DNA from: Microthyrium microscopicum
Lineage: Eukaryota
Direction: 5' to 3'
Assembly: GCA_010405405.1 (NCBI GenBank)
Contig: MU004234.1
Span: 2,577,697 to 2,641,696 of the forward strand
Length of the DNA stretch: 64,000 nucleotides
A program made the translations under genes and the position numbers. Positions 1-11,868 of this stretch are shown here, piece by piece (the first letter of the stretch is position 1; every line of letters begins with the position of its first letter). The notes under the pieces are model-generated. The model was not told the origin of the DNA. It did not search any database and saw only the letters and a program-made list of their open reading frames with translations.

Positions 1-217
1 GTTGGGGTAAAAGGCTTGGAGTAAGATCCTGCCCGGTGGCCGCGTGGGATGATCATCTTGGAGCTTTGTTGGAACTTGATATCTTGTATTCATGTCCTTC
101 TCACAGCCTCTGTAAAGCTATACAGTTGAGGCAGCTGAAGTTGTCGTTTTCTTATGTACATTCATCAAAATCATAGAGTACTGCATAGACTTATCGGATG
201 TGCATAGACGGTTGTGT

Positions 218-1461
218 CTACCATCCAGCATGCTTCTTGATGCTTTCATTCTGAACGACTTCAATCCAGTAACCATCGGGATCTGTATATTGTTAGCTTG
301 CGGCTGTCATTGCAAAACTACCACTGACCTAGAACGAAAGCTGAGAAACAGCAAGTTAGCATTCATACCTCATATCTGTTGGGATGACTTACCAATGTTC
401 TTCATACGCCCATCTGTCAGCCGTTTCTTCCAATTGACCTATGAAAATGTCAGCTTGGCCTACCAATTTGTGGACACACATACGCCCTTCTGATCGAAAC
501 GATCACAAGCAGCTTGCAAATTGTCGACGCTGACACATATGTGACCAAATCCTTGAGGCTCGTCATTGCCATTGTGATACTTGAAACCCTCATCCTTCTC
601 CGTGCCGTAATTCCAGGTCAACTCTAGCAAACCTTCGTAGCCAGAAGTTTTGTCGGAGGGCTCCGAGTACCCAAGAAAGTACAGGTTGAAGCTTGCTTGT
701 GGTGCTTCCATTTTTCGAAGTAGCTTCATTCCCAAGGTATCCTGGTAAAATGCGAGACTCTTTTCGGCATCTTTGACGCGAATCATGGTGTGGTTCTATT
801 CAGTTGTTAGTCGTTCTAGTTGTACAAAAACTGCCTGAAGGATGAATACCATTCGATAGGTTTCGACATCAGTGGTCGTAATATCTTCGGTCTCTGCGGC
901 GTTCTTTTGAGAAACGATTTCTACCCAATAGTCGTCGGGGTCTTTCAAAATTAGCAATAGATCGTAGATGGTTCCTCTTAGATTGCGTCTTACCAAGCGC
1001 AAAAGCGATATGTTTCATTCTTCCATCAGTAAGCTGCAGTGATGTCAGTGCAAATCAAGGGACCATTGCGGATGGACTTGGTCTACCTTCTTCTGAAACT
1101 TGTAACCAGCATCCTCAATCCTTTTACAAGCAGCTTGGATATTGTCGACTGAGATACAAACATGACCGAAACCTCTATGGGGCTCGGAGTTGCCATTGAC
1201 AGTCTTGTAGTTGGGATCATCTTCGGTTCCATAGTTGTGTGTAAGTTCAATGAGGCCTTCACGATCGGTCCAGTGATTTCCTGATGAAACTGCCTTTGAC
1301 GAATCGTATCCCAGAAAGTACAAATCGAACTTGGCATCGGCATTTTCTATCTTGTTCACCACCTTCAAGCCCAAGAACTCATAGAATGCCACACTGCGCT
1401 TTGGGTCTTTGACCCGTAGCATGGAGTGATTGAACTTGTATTTGCTGGTATCGGTAGTCAT
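218..1461 (-). CDS. GLO1: Glyoxalase I (lactoylglutathione lyase), two-domain fungal type, multi-exon
   Basis: Two VOC repeats: NHSMLRVKDPKRS..LIELTHNYGTE..GFGHVCISVD and MIRVKDAEKS..LLELTWNYGTE..GFGHICVSVD. DPDxYW(V/I)E motifs occur twice. GT-AG introns join the exons and the stop is TAG at 218-220. A possible upstream in-frame ATG lies at 1494. Confidence 0.96.
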
Positions 1462-1668
1462 CTTGCGTACGAATTGCCAACGAATTCTCAGCATGAAAAT
1501 AATTTGAGAGTGAAGACGAGATGACGAGTGAGATCGTGGAAATAACCGTCATAAGTCTTGTGGCCCGTGCGCGATATCCCAAAAGTGGAATTCTTCAACT
1601 TCGCATCACCATTTCTACGACCAAACACCTCACATTCGCTCTAATATCTAATCAGACATACCGGCAAC

Positions 1669-2444
1669 ATGTTAGACTCAAGAAGACTAAATGACTGGCT
1701 ACAAACCAATGTCGAATATCCCGTGATTGATCATTTTCTGTAAGTTTTACAAATTCACCTCATATCATTCCCACATCTAAAGCTCTCTTCTCTAGCTTAA
1801 TTACGACTTCTGGGGATCTACTAGCTTATCCTAGACCAACCGACATAAAACAGTATCGCGACGAGGCAGCACTTGTCGTCAAAGCCTGGAAAGACTCTGA
1901 CCAGCTCTTGATGAACAAGTACAACCGCAAACTACCCAGCACAAGAAATAGATCCGCACATATCGCCGACAAGGAACTCCAAGCATTAACCATCAGTGCA
2001 CAAAAAGGGAACATCATAGTCTACGCGATCCAACCGCGACTATTACTAGTACTCGTTGGAGCCAAGACGCCGCCATCAAATAGCACGGAAGTGGAGTTCA
2101 TCCACGAAGCAAAGGGCGAAGCTCGATATCCTCCCCGTAGCGACGAACCTCATCTACACGTCCTGGATTTCTCCTCGCCCGAGATGGACCTACCGGCTAC
2201 TCCACCAGCCCAATTCGGCAACCAAATCGATACCCAATTAGACCCTGGATCTCAAGGTCAAAGTCCATCTGCGACACCTCCTTATGAGGAGCCTAATCCA
2301 ATGTCCATCAGCCAGCAAAGCCTTAACATCCCCATCGAGCAGCAACATCTTGGCATATTGCATCTCCAACGGTCCAAGCTGGAACGGATGGCGGACCATC
2401 TGGCGAAAGAGATGGATGTTACTATTGGTAAGGAGTTGGCATAG
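1669..2444 (+). CDS. Roadblock/LAMTOR2-like (Ragulator/EGO-type) protein, 2 exons
   Basis: ATG 1669 and one GTAAGT..TAG intron at about 1740-1795. The spliced protein MLDSRRLNDWLQTN..FLLITTSGDLLAY..RDEAALVVKAW..LQALTI..GNIIVYAI..LLLVLVG..LGILHLQRSKLERMADHL resembles the LAMTOR2 pattern (recalled alignment) with two low-complexity insertions. Confidence 0.65.
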
Positions 2445-2947
2445 GAAGGCAACGCGCCCACCACTCTACGGAGACATGTACAACGGCAAGAGAAGTATTT
2501 TAACGAGCGGGAAGACCTGAGCCATTGGGAAGACGAAGATCCTGAGCTAGATTCAGAAGTCAACGCCGCTGCCGATGGAGACGAGCATAATGATACCCAT
2601 GATAACGAGGAAGAGAAAGAACATAATGAGCTGGAAGATTGGGAGGCGGAGGGCTCACTAGATGCAGAGGCCAACTATTCCGATTCCGATATGAGCAGTC
2701 GACGGCTCTCACCGCTTGGGACAGAGGCATCCTCTTTGGAGGAAACATACTGCGCGCCCGGAGGCTTCTTTGATGAGTATGGATGTTATCATCACGCTCC
2801 GGACTAATATGACGGCTTGTTGAAGCCACTTTAAGCTTTTTGGGTAGAGAAGGGAGCTGTTGCAACCAGCGTCTCTTCAAGTCGCAGTATTGACCATACA
2901 TTCTTCCATATGTTTCGTTATAGTATTGTATCGTGTGATTCGTATGA

Positions 2948-3830
2948 CTAAACTATAAAGCTCATTAATCGCCTAAGAATGAGAAACGCTAAAAGACAAC
3001 CTATAGCCATAATCGCCTTATCCAGCCATACATCCCAAGAAGACGGCGCCAGCACCTGTACTTGTTGCGGCTGTATTCTCCGCACCGGTATCTGTGACGA
3101 GCTCTGCGGTTGTATCTGCGCTGGAGCCCCCGGCGCCACGTCCCTCCGTTCTGTCTCCTTGACCTCAGTCTTTGCCACGTCCTTCTTCTCCGTACTCGTC
3201 TCACCCAAATCCTCACGATATCCCAACTTCAACTCCTCGGGCACCTCCTCAGTTCCCCTCTCCCCCTCCCCAGCCATCTCCTCCTGCTCCTGCATAAGCA
3301 CCCCATTACTCTTCCCACACTCCAAACACGTCCAATCCGCACTATCGCTCGCCCACCTCTTCCTCGTCTCCGCATCACTCTTCACACCACCTAATTGGGC
3401 TCCATCCGTATCCATAAAGCTCCGTAGCGCCACCAACGCAGTCCTCACGCCCCACGCAGGTTGCCACGTCTCCTCATGGTGTCCGCTAATGCTTAGACAA
3501 ATCTCGCGATTTACTTCAAACCTCCCGGAGGGTGTGAGGAAGCGGAAGGACGGTGGACGTAGTGGGTAGGTGGGTGGTAAGGAGATACGTCCGTGGTAGA
3601 GGCCGTTGGCGTAGGGGGAGGGAGAGGGGGGTCCGCGGAGGGTGAAGTGCCATTCGAAGAGGTTGGTTTCTAGGGGGGAGGCGGAGAAGTCGGGGGAGGG
3701 GTTTGTTGTTATTTCGGCGGCTTCTTTTACTGTGGAGATATTAGCGAGAATACAATATGGAGGAAAAGGTAAATAAGGTACGGATGCGCTTGATGGTGGG
3801 AGTGCGGGATGTGAATGTCGTTGGCGGCAT
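2948..3830 (-). CDS. UBC6: Ubiquitin-conjugating enzyme E2, tail-anchored Ubc6/UBE2J type
   Basis: MPPTTFTSRTPTIKRI, intron, then PLETNLFEWHFTLRGP..YHGRISLPPTYPLRPPSFRFLTPSGRFEVNREICLSISGHHEETWQPAW, with a C-terminal TM segment (AIMAIGCLLAFLIL). Confidence 0.9.
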
Positions 3831-4278
3831 GCTTGCTGGTGGTTTTGAAACGATGCGTGTGGTTGTTTGAGCGCTTGAGGTTGGCGCGATTGACTTTTGG
3901 TATGATTTACATTCTAAGATGGTGGAATATAGGGGGGAGAGAGTGTAGAGATTAGTAGGAGGGAGAGAGAAGGTTACAAGTGGCAGTATCTCAAATAGGA
4001 TTTGGATGTGATTGATTAGGGATCGTCATCGTATTCCGAGTCCGTGCGCTTTGTTGGCTCAAATCGACAACGTGGTTAATTTGATATCAAGTCACAACAC
4101 CTCTCACATGCATTTCTTTTTCCGGATATGCAGTATTAATAAACCATACAGATCAATATGTTCCATGCTGTCCTAACGCTCTACTGAATTGTCCGATGTA
4201 TACGCGCGCTGTCCTCGTAGCCGTCTAGTATTCTCGAAAGCAGGCATCAACATACCTAGGTACCCAAGTAGGTAGCTT

Positions 4279-6054
4279 CTAAGGAAGCAAGCGCATCAAT
4301 ATTGGAGGAAAGGGCTTCTCTAACTCTGCCAAGTATAGACCTATATCAGCGACTTTAGTCAATTGTGTCTGCTGCGATCCCACGCGTCTCAAGTTGCGGT
4401 CCGAGTACTCACCAGAAATCTGCCATCGTTTCTGGAAAATCAACAGCACCCCTTTCAAGAAATCTAGACCATCTTTGTACGCGTCTTCACCAGTTTCATC
4501 CCACAAGCGCAGCTGTACAACAGCCGACTGGTAGAACACGGTTGGAATATAGGGGGAGAGCTGATCAATCGCGATGTCCTCCTCCACTCCAAAGAGCTGT
4601 CGCGCAAACCCGACTATGGCTGTTGAAATAGGTTCCATGGCCTTCAATACCTCGGTCGATGCGTCGCCAGCCCCATCGTCAGGCCATTTGGAGTTGTAAA
4701 GCGTCAACAAAGCACGAATACACGTCAGCGGAGAATCGGGATGCGCTATTGGAAAGCTATTACCTGCTCGCAATCCCCATGGACGTACAATATTTGCCAA
4801 ATTGAGCGCCGTCTTCCATCAGCAACGGCATGAATGCCATCAGTGTTCGCTCCAGCTGCTGGGCCTCTTCCGACCTGAAATCTGCATCGTGGACAGGGTC
4901 AAAGACATGACGAATCACTCGGCCTGATAGATGAGAGACTTGGCATTCTCTGGCGAATTGACCTGCCGACAGATCTGAAGATGTGTACAGCGTTGCATGC
5001 GGCACGATTGAGATGTTCTATAACTTTTTTTAGCATCTTCCAGGTCGGATGTAACCTCTTTGATTGAATACCTCCTGGGTCCATAGATGGTCGTCTACCG
5101 GTAGGAAGTCTGAATTGGTGGGATCCTCCGAAGCAAGAAGAGAGTCTCCATTACAGAGGTTGATGAATCTAGGGATGCTCAGTCACAGACCTCTTTTGGG
5201 TCGCGTTGTCTGGAGATGCACGAACCGATCCAGATTGACAACAGCCCACCAAGCCCGCCTTCGCTCCTCTTCATCTATGCTGTTCAGCCGCGATTGGCCA
5301 TTCGACGCCTGCTTATTCAAACCAAGGAATCGGGCCAATCTCGCACATGAACATATTGAGAAACAAGCATTTGGAAATATAGCATGACCTAGCTCATAAA
5401 ACACGAGAAGCAGGCGACACTGCAGAGCTTCGAGGGAATGGCAGTCGGTTGCCTCCAACAGACTTATCATACCTTTCACGGTAACATATAAAGACGACTG
5501 CATACTCTCGCGAAGCTCAGCAGGTGTTTCCTGAATAAGATGTATGCACATCGACAATACTAGAAAGTCCGTTTTTGGCGTCCCATATAGGCTCGGCAAC
5601 CGACTTATAAATCTCTTCCTGGACACTATCGGGAACCTTCTGTGTATGGAACCGAAATACTTCACGGCTATCTCGTGGATCCTGTCCAAAGATCCAAAAA
5701 CTCTGGTAGCTTCTGTCTTGACGAGAAACAGCATAGTGGGTGTTCTCAGCGCCTCATGCCGGAATGGATCCACATAATACGAAGCGTTGACCGATGACAG
5801 CCTTGGGACCTCCCCCGGCGAGCCTGATGTTGAAGCGATGGTTGTACTAGGCCCGGAATCGTTTTCGTATATGCAGTTTCGTTTGACCCTATAAGATCAG
5901 CATCTGCTAAAATTGTTTACTAAACACTGACTGACCTTATGCAGGTCCCGCAGGACGGTCGAATCTTATCGCATTTGCGTTTGCCTTGTCTGCAAGATAC
6001 ACATGCATTAATAGATCGTCCGGTCGACGTCTCGACTTGGGGTTCTTGGCTCAT
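4279..6054 (-). CDS. Zn(II)2Cys6 fungal transcription factor with fungal-specific TF domain, multi-exon
   Basis: ACVSCRQGKRKCDKIRPSCGTC, intron, then NC. Middle region has YFGSIHRRFPIVS and EEERRRAWWAVVNLDR. Confidence 0.9.
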
Positions 6055-6324
6055 CTTTGACTTTGAATTACATCTTGTTGAGATCGGGTTCTGCTTTATG
6101 ATCTCCCCAAAACCAATTCTCGATGCTATCAGCTGCACGATGCACCCGAAATCCTTGGCATCGAGTACCTCGTCGCCTGAATCGGAGACTCGCTATATGG
6201 ATACCAAAAGCAACGAAAATCTCAAGTGCACGCGTTATGAAGAATATGCAAATATTACATTAACTAACAGCTATCTGATCAGAAACTCCAACAATACATT
6301 GCTCTCTGTTTCGTATCATCCTTC

Positions 6325-7075
6325 TCAAAGCTCGCTCTTCCGCTCCTCAACGACCGAAAGCTCGCCAGTATTGATATCATACTTGAGGCCTACGATTTGA
6401 GTATCTTTATTGATGTATGGCGATGCTCTGAGGAGTTCGAGATCTTCCCGTACGCTCTCTTCGATGCTGTTACCAAGTCAGTGTCATGCACAAGGGCCAA
6501 GCTATGGACAACTCACGAGTTCTTAATCTCTCCAAACTTCATACTGGAAATGGCTTCCTCCTTCTCTGGAGCAATCTTGATCAAAGCCTTCTTGACGTCG
6601 TCGTCATGAACGTGAGTCAAACCACAATCTGTTATTTTGTCAGTCTGTTATTAAGAGATATGCATCTGCTCTACTCACCAGTATGGTGCATGACTGCAAT
6701 TGTTCCTGGTGAAGCAATGGTTTGTAAAACGGTCAAAGTCTTGATGACATCTTCGTTGACTCTTCCTCCTGCATTTCGTACCATTGTGGCGCCTTGGTCC
6801 CGTAAGTTTTGGCCATTTCGATTTCGTGTGAACTTACGTAGATTTGGGTCAATTCCGAGTACTTGATAAGGGTTCAAGCGAGGATCTGAGCAAGAAATGA
6901 CTACGGTGCCTGCACGAGATGCTTGTAATGCCTTGGCCATTTGCATCAGCGGAGGAGGAGCTTTGTAGCTTTCCGCGAATTTGCTACCGCTGGTTTAGTT
7001 TTTCAATTGGAATCGCATGCATCAACCACTGTACCTGTTGCGATTAAGCATTTCTGCCAATGGACCGGTAACCAT
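6325..7075 (-). CDS. Beta-class carbonic anhydrase (short, clade D-like), multi-exon
   Basis: Zn-ligand motifs SCSDPR, RNAGGR and HHT/DCG (the last split by an intron). C-terminal GLKYDINTGEL. Stop TGA at 6325-6327. Confidence 0.9.
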
Positions 7076-8052
7076 CTTGCTAGTTTGAGTAGTAAGAGTT
7101 CTTTGAGATGAGATGTAGAGATGAGTTGGAAGTGTTCGATATGGGTGATTATTGAGTTGATGGTCAAGGAGAATGTTAACTGGCGTCTTTCTGCTCTTAA
7201 GTATACCCGCGACCATAGTACGCATTACTCTTTTGGACTCCATGTTTTTGATATGCGCAAATAATCAGTAGAGCTCATTGCATAAATCATATTCGATCTA
7301 GACGCTTTCTCAGCAGCCGAGCAATATGAAGTCATGATTACATGTACAATAAACAGTGTTCTGGCCCATCCATAGCTTGCTACAGCTTCTTGTCGACTGA
7401 ATAGTAATCGTCGCAAGGAACCGAGATGAGCCAAGAGCTACGTAGTATACATTTACCAGGTGCGGGCGCAAGTGCGGGCAGATCGACAGGGACGCGGCCG
7501 CATGAGTGGATTGATATACGATTGGTGGAAGAGAGATCTTGTCGAGCGGCATAAGAAGCCGCCAGATCTTGCCGCCACGGGCAGTTGGAATTCAAGCCTT
7601 TTCTCTCTTCACTTTTGACAATCTACAGCCCAGGTTTGTTATTCATCATGATTAATGACCAAGCATACCTGTGTTTCCAAGCGATACGGGAGCCAGATTA
7701 GTTCGGCTGCAGATTGCAAGGCTGACTTGATACATTCTGTACGAAATCAACATGCAAACCATGCGCAATTACTCGCGACGTTGATATCGATATATCATCA
7801 TGCCACAAGTTGGCGATATTTGCTTGCAAATGCTAGAAAGTCATGATTGCAGTACGCCCCCTTGGGTATCGTCTATAAGATGGGATGGATCTCTCGTCAA
7901 ATATGAATTAATAGTCATTCACAATCATACTCTCAAACACTTTTTAAGATCTTACCACAAAGCAGTCAAACACAATCAACCTATACACTATATCCAACTT
8001 TCAATTCGATTCTTCTGTCTACCCAAAAGGATCTTCTCGTCCACTGACATCG

Positions 8053-9884
8053 ATGGCCGACCTCATACGTGAGGCCCCAATTGGGCAACTACTTCGCCTT
8101 GTTACTAGAAACAGAATCTTCCAGTACCCAGAAGAGCGAAGTGACTTTGAATTACCACTTCAATATGCGACTCAATTAAATTCCAAGAAGCAATTTCGAT
8201 CCACTTCGTCACTCAACGACCTCGAAAAACCGGACACTATCGCAGACAACCCTTCAGACGAGACAAGTCCCAAAACAGAAGCCGAACTCGAAGGCCTGGG
8301 AATGACACGAACGAAAAGCAGACACTACTCTGATCCATACAGCAATGAACGCCTAGAAGTCGAACAGCAACTAGCACTCGAGCGAACTCAAACCATACCT
8401 ATCATTCCCAAAAAGACTTCCGATGGTATAATTCTAGTCGACTGGTACACCACAGACGATCCCGCCAATCCTCAGAACTGGTCCAGCTTCAAACGTGGAT
8501 GGATCGTTTTCTTGATCTGTGCATACACTTGGGTTGTTTACACTGGGTCATCAATATACGCTCCAAGCGAAGGAGGAGTCATCGAGCAATTTGGGGTCAG
8601 TCCCACAATAGCTTCATTACCTCTCGCGCTCTACGTTTTGGCATACGGCATTGGGCCACTCCTATTCGCACCTCTTAGTGAGATACCGATCATTGGACGC
8701 AATCCCGTATATATCATCACTTTCGTCATCTTCTTCGCCCTGTCCTTCCCTACGGCTGTTGTCAATGGCTTCGGCAGTCTGCTTGGCCTCCGGTTTTTGA
8801 TGGGTCTATTTGGTTCACCGGCGCTTGCGAATGGTGGAGCAACGTTCTCCGATATGTACTCCCTGCTGTACGTCCCGTATCAGCTATCCTGGTGGGTGTT
8901 CTCAGCCTGGGGTGGACCAGCTCTCGGTCCTCTCATGGCAGGATTCGCAATTCCTGTCAAAGGCTGGCATTGGTCTTTATGGGAAGTAGTCTGGATGACA
9001 GCACCAGTGATTGTACTAGCACTTCTGTTTCTCCCAGAGACATCAACACCAAATATTCTACTCAAACGAGCGCAAAGACTTCGAAAAATCACTGGAGATT
9101 CCCGGCTTCAGTCTCAGAGTGAAATGGACCAAAGGCACTTGACAGCATCCGGAATCTTGGTTGACGCCTTGATCAAACCCATCGAAATAACTCTCAAAGA
9201 TCCAGCTATCTTCTTCGTCAACATGTATACTGCGCTCTTCTATGGTATCTACTATACCTTCTTCGAGGTGTTTCCTCTGGTATTTCCCCCAATCTATGGC
9301 TTCAACCTGGGCGAGATTGGTCTGGCATTCTTGGCCTGTCAGGTTGGAGCAACTATTGGCTTACTCATCTACTTTTCCTACTTGCGATGGTATGTTCATT
9401 CGAATCACGTAAAGAAACCAACGCCCTTTCTAACAAAACCAGGTACATGATTCCAGATAACGTCAAAAACGGCTTGAGAGCCCAAGAACACAGACTGGTG
9501 CCAGCAATCTTCGGCTCCTTCTTGATCCCCACCGGCCTGTTCATCTTTGGCTGGACTGCAAGAGAAAGCATTCACTGGATTGTTCCTCTCATCGGAGTCG
9601 TCATATTCGTTCTCGGCACATTCCTGATCCTCCAGAGTATCTTCGTCTATGTACCTCTTTCGTATCCGAAGTATGCAGCCAGTCTGTTTGCCGGAAACGA
9701 TCTGGTTCGATCATCCATGGCTTGTGGAAGTATACTTTATGCTCGACCACTTTTCATCAATCTAGGTATAGCAAAAGGTGTTACTGTTCTGGCAGGTCTC
9801 AGTGTGCTTGGCATCTTTGGCATGATTACGATTTATCTGACGGGTGCAAAATTGCGAGCGCGGTCCAAGTTTGCTCAAGGTTAG
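8053..9884 (+). CDS. MFS drug:H+ antiporter (DHA1, Flr1/Caf5-like), 2 exons
   Basis: DDPANPQNWS, PLLFAPLSEIPIIGRNPVY, LRFLMGLFGSPALANGGA, FLPETS, EHRLVPA and YAASLFAGNDLVRS motifs. About 12 hydrophobic segments. Intron near 9390-9442. Confidence 0.95.
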
Positions 9885-10753
9885 AAGGGCGAACACCCTT
9901 TGATGATTTATGACGATTTGGGAACATAATGTATTATCTTAATGATCTGGTAATGGGTGTATATTATATGCTGGAGTTGGGCGAATCTGATACATCGTGC
10001 TTTGCTTCAATCAAGTTTTTTACAAGATCAAAATCTTCCCTCATTCAAAAATTATAGAATTTTATTACTTTCTAAGGTCGATAATGAGATTTCATTGCGG
10101 CTCCAAATACTGTATGTTGAAAATTGTCAAGAACATCTTCAGAGGTGTGGGTGAAGAACGCGCGCTTGACATGGAGTGTGATCTTTGTTCCGTTCAACAA
10201 AACTTCTTCGCCAAACCCTGCGTTCAAATTTCGAGACGCCTTTCATCAGCTCTAAAGTTTTGTACCTTACTCTTCGGTATTCGAAGTAGAGAAACAAGCT
10301 TTCAGATCTCGGAGGCTGAGGGGACAGATGCATCAGCCTTGCGGCCCTTGCCCAGCCACCCTCCTCAAACGACGACAGGCTCGCCCCTGAAATCTGCATT
10401 CGGAGTGAACACCAATGAATGCATCAATATCACAGGCTGCTGCGCCTACATTTGAGTTTCCGACCTGTATATCCCTTCAATCATAACTATATATACTTGT
10501 ACGTTGGAGCCGAAGCTAGAGTGACAGGCCTGCAGAGGCTTATATTTTCATAACAAATTTCTTAGTGCTTACACCCAGTTTCTGCTTTCCCTCATCGTCC
10601 CCTGTAGACACACCAGTGTAGGGACAGGTAAGTGCCTCCAGTACCGTGGTCCTTACTACTTTCCAGAGGGCTGTCTCTCTTCAGACTATATCATCTTTAC
10701 CGCTGTTTATGCGCTGACGATAATCTCGGCATTTGCCCCGGAAAACAGAGCTC

Positions 10754-11584
10754 ATGAACACCATGGCCGAGCGAACACATTCTGATCTTGAAGCGGCTTT
10801 ACCGTCTTCCACGGCTGGGGTCTCGAGTGGGCTAGAAGTAGAGCCGGATGATACTTACAAAGAAGTACAGAGTCAACCCAACCCGCCTCAAGAGGTTTAT
10901 GCTTATAAGTCGGACAACGTCCCATTCTCCAAAAGTCACGGCGAGTCGCCGACGACAAACCAGCCTCGTGAAAGGCTATGCGGTCTTGCTCCAAAAACCT
11001 TTTACATAATCGCCGCCATTATAATTGTGGTGTTAGTGGCTGCGGCTGTGGGTGGTGGAGTTGGTGGCAGCCAGGCATCAAAGAAAAGTACAGCTTCGAC
11101 AAGTAATTCCCAAACCACGACTTCATCCGGTTCAAGCAATTCGATTCAGGGAACAATTACCTCGGCACCATCTGCAACAACCCATCCCATAACTACAACG
11201 TCCACTGTTGGACCCAGCACCACGCTCACTGTTGACTGCCCTTCCTCGAACGATACCATATACAATGCCAACGGCGCTCTTTTTCAAAAAATCTGCTCTG
11301 ACGCTCCATACAATGCACTCAATGGGCTTGATGTTATCAATGAGCAGTCCCATACACTGGATGACTGCATCAATGCATGCGCCGGTTACAATCTAGTCAA
11401 CCAAACTGCTATCCGGGCAGGCCAGAACAATGTTTGTAATGCTGTTTGCTGGCGTGCTACAATTCAAGGAGATGACTTTCCAGGGCAATGCTTCGGATAC
11501 ACAACTCAGAACAGTACCGGGTCATTCAAACTATCCGGAGATACAAGATGCAACTCCGCTGCGTGGATAAATCAGAGCCTATAA
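10754..11584 (+). CDS. Single-pass membrane protein with Ser/Thr stalk and C-terminal Cys-rich (apple/PAN-like) ectodomain
   Basis: TM segment IIAAIIIVVLVAAAVGGGVGG, an S/T-rich linker, then CINACAGYN..CNAVCW..GQCFG. Probable 5'UTR intron at 10628-10748 (GTAAGT..GCTGAC..CAG). Confidence 0.75.
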   Translation: MNTMAERTHSDLEAALPSSTAGVSSGLEVEPDDTYKEVQSQPNPPQEVYAYKSDNVPFSKSHGESPTTNQPRERLCGLAPKTFYIIAAIIIVVLVAAAVGGGVGGSQASKKSTASTSNSQTTTSSGSSNSIQGTITSAPSATTHPITTTSTVGPSTTLTVDCPSSNDTIYNANGALFQKICSDAPYNALNGLDVINEQSHTLDDCINACAGYNLVNQTAIRAGQNNVCNAVCWRATIQGDDFPGQCFGYTTQNSTGSFKLSGDTRCNSAAWINQSL

Positions 11585-11868
11585 TCATGTTGAGGTGCAA
11601 AGTCTCCATTTCGCAGCTATTCTTTGGGCTTTCCTGCTCCTGGGTGACCTTGTCCTCAAATATTTGATGAAGCCCAACGTCTCGACAAAATGAATCCTAC
11701 GCCCCATGGAGTACAATGTCTACCATGTATCAAGCTTCCTTACAGGGTCTTTTATTTCCCATTGAGCGCGCAGACATTTGCTCAAATTTGTCGAATCAGA
11801 CGGGGAATTGGTACGTTCTCATTACACAGGTTGGTCATAGCAATTGCCGCCAGTAGGAAAGCGTCATT

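Noticed and set aside
1..93. Minus-strand ATG frame running off the left edge
   Set aside because: Only about 31 codons are visible, so it cannot be supported.
2979..3569. 196-aa plus-strand ORF and other long antisense ORFs (e.g. 50941-51351, 52999-53499)
   Set aside because: These are shadow frames of real genes on the opposite strand or in another frame.
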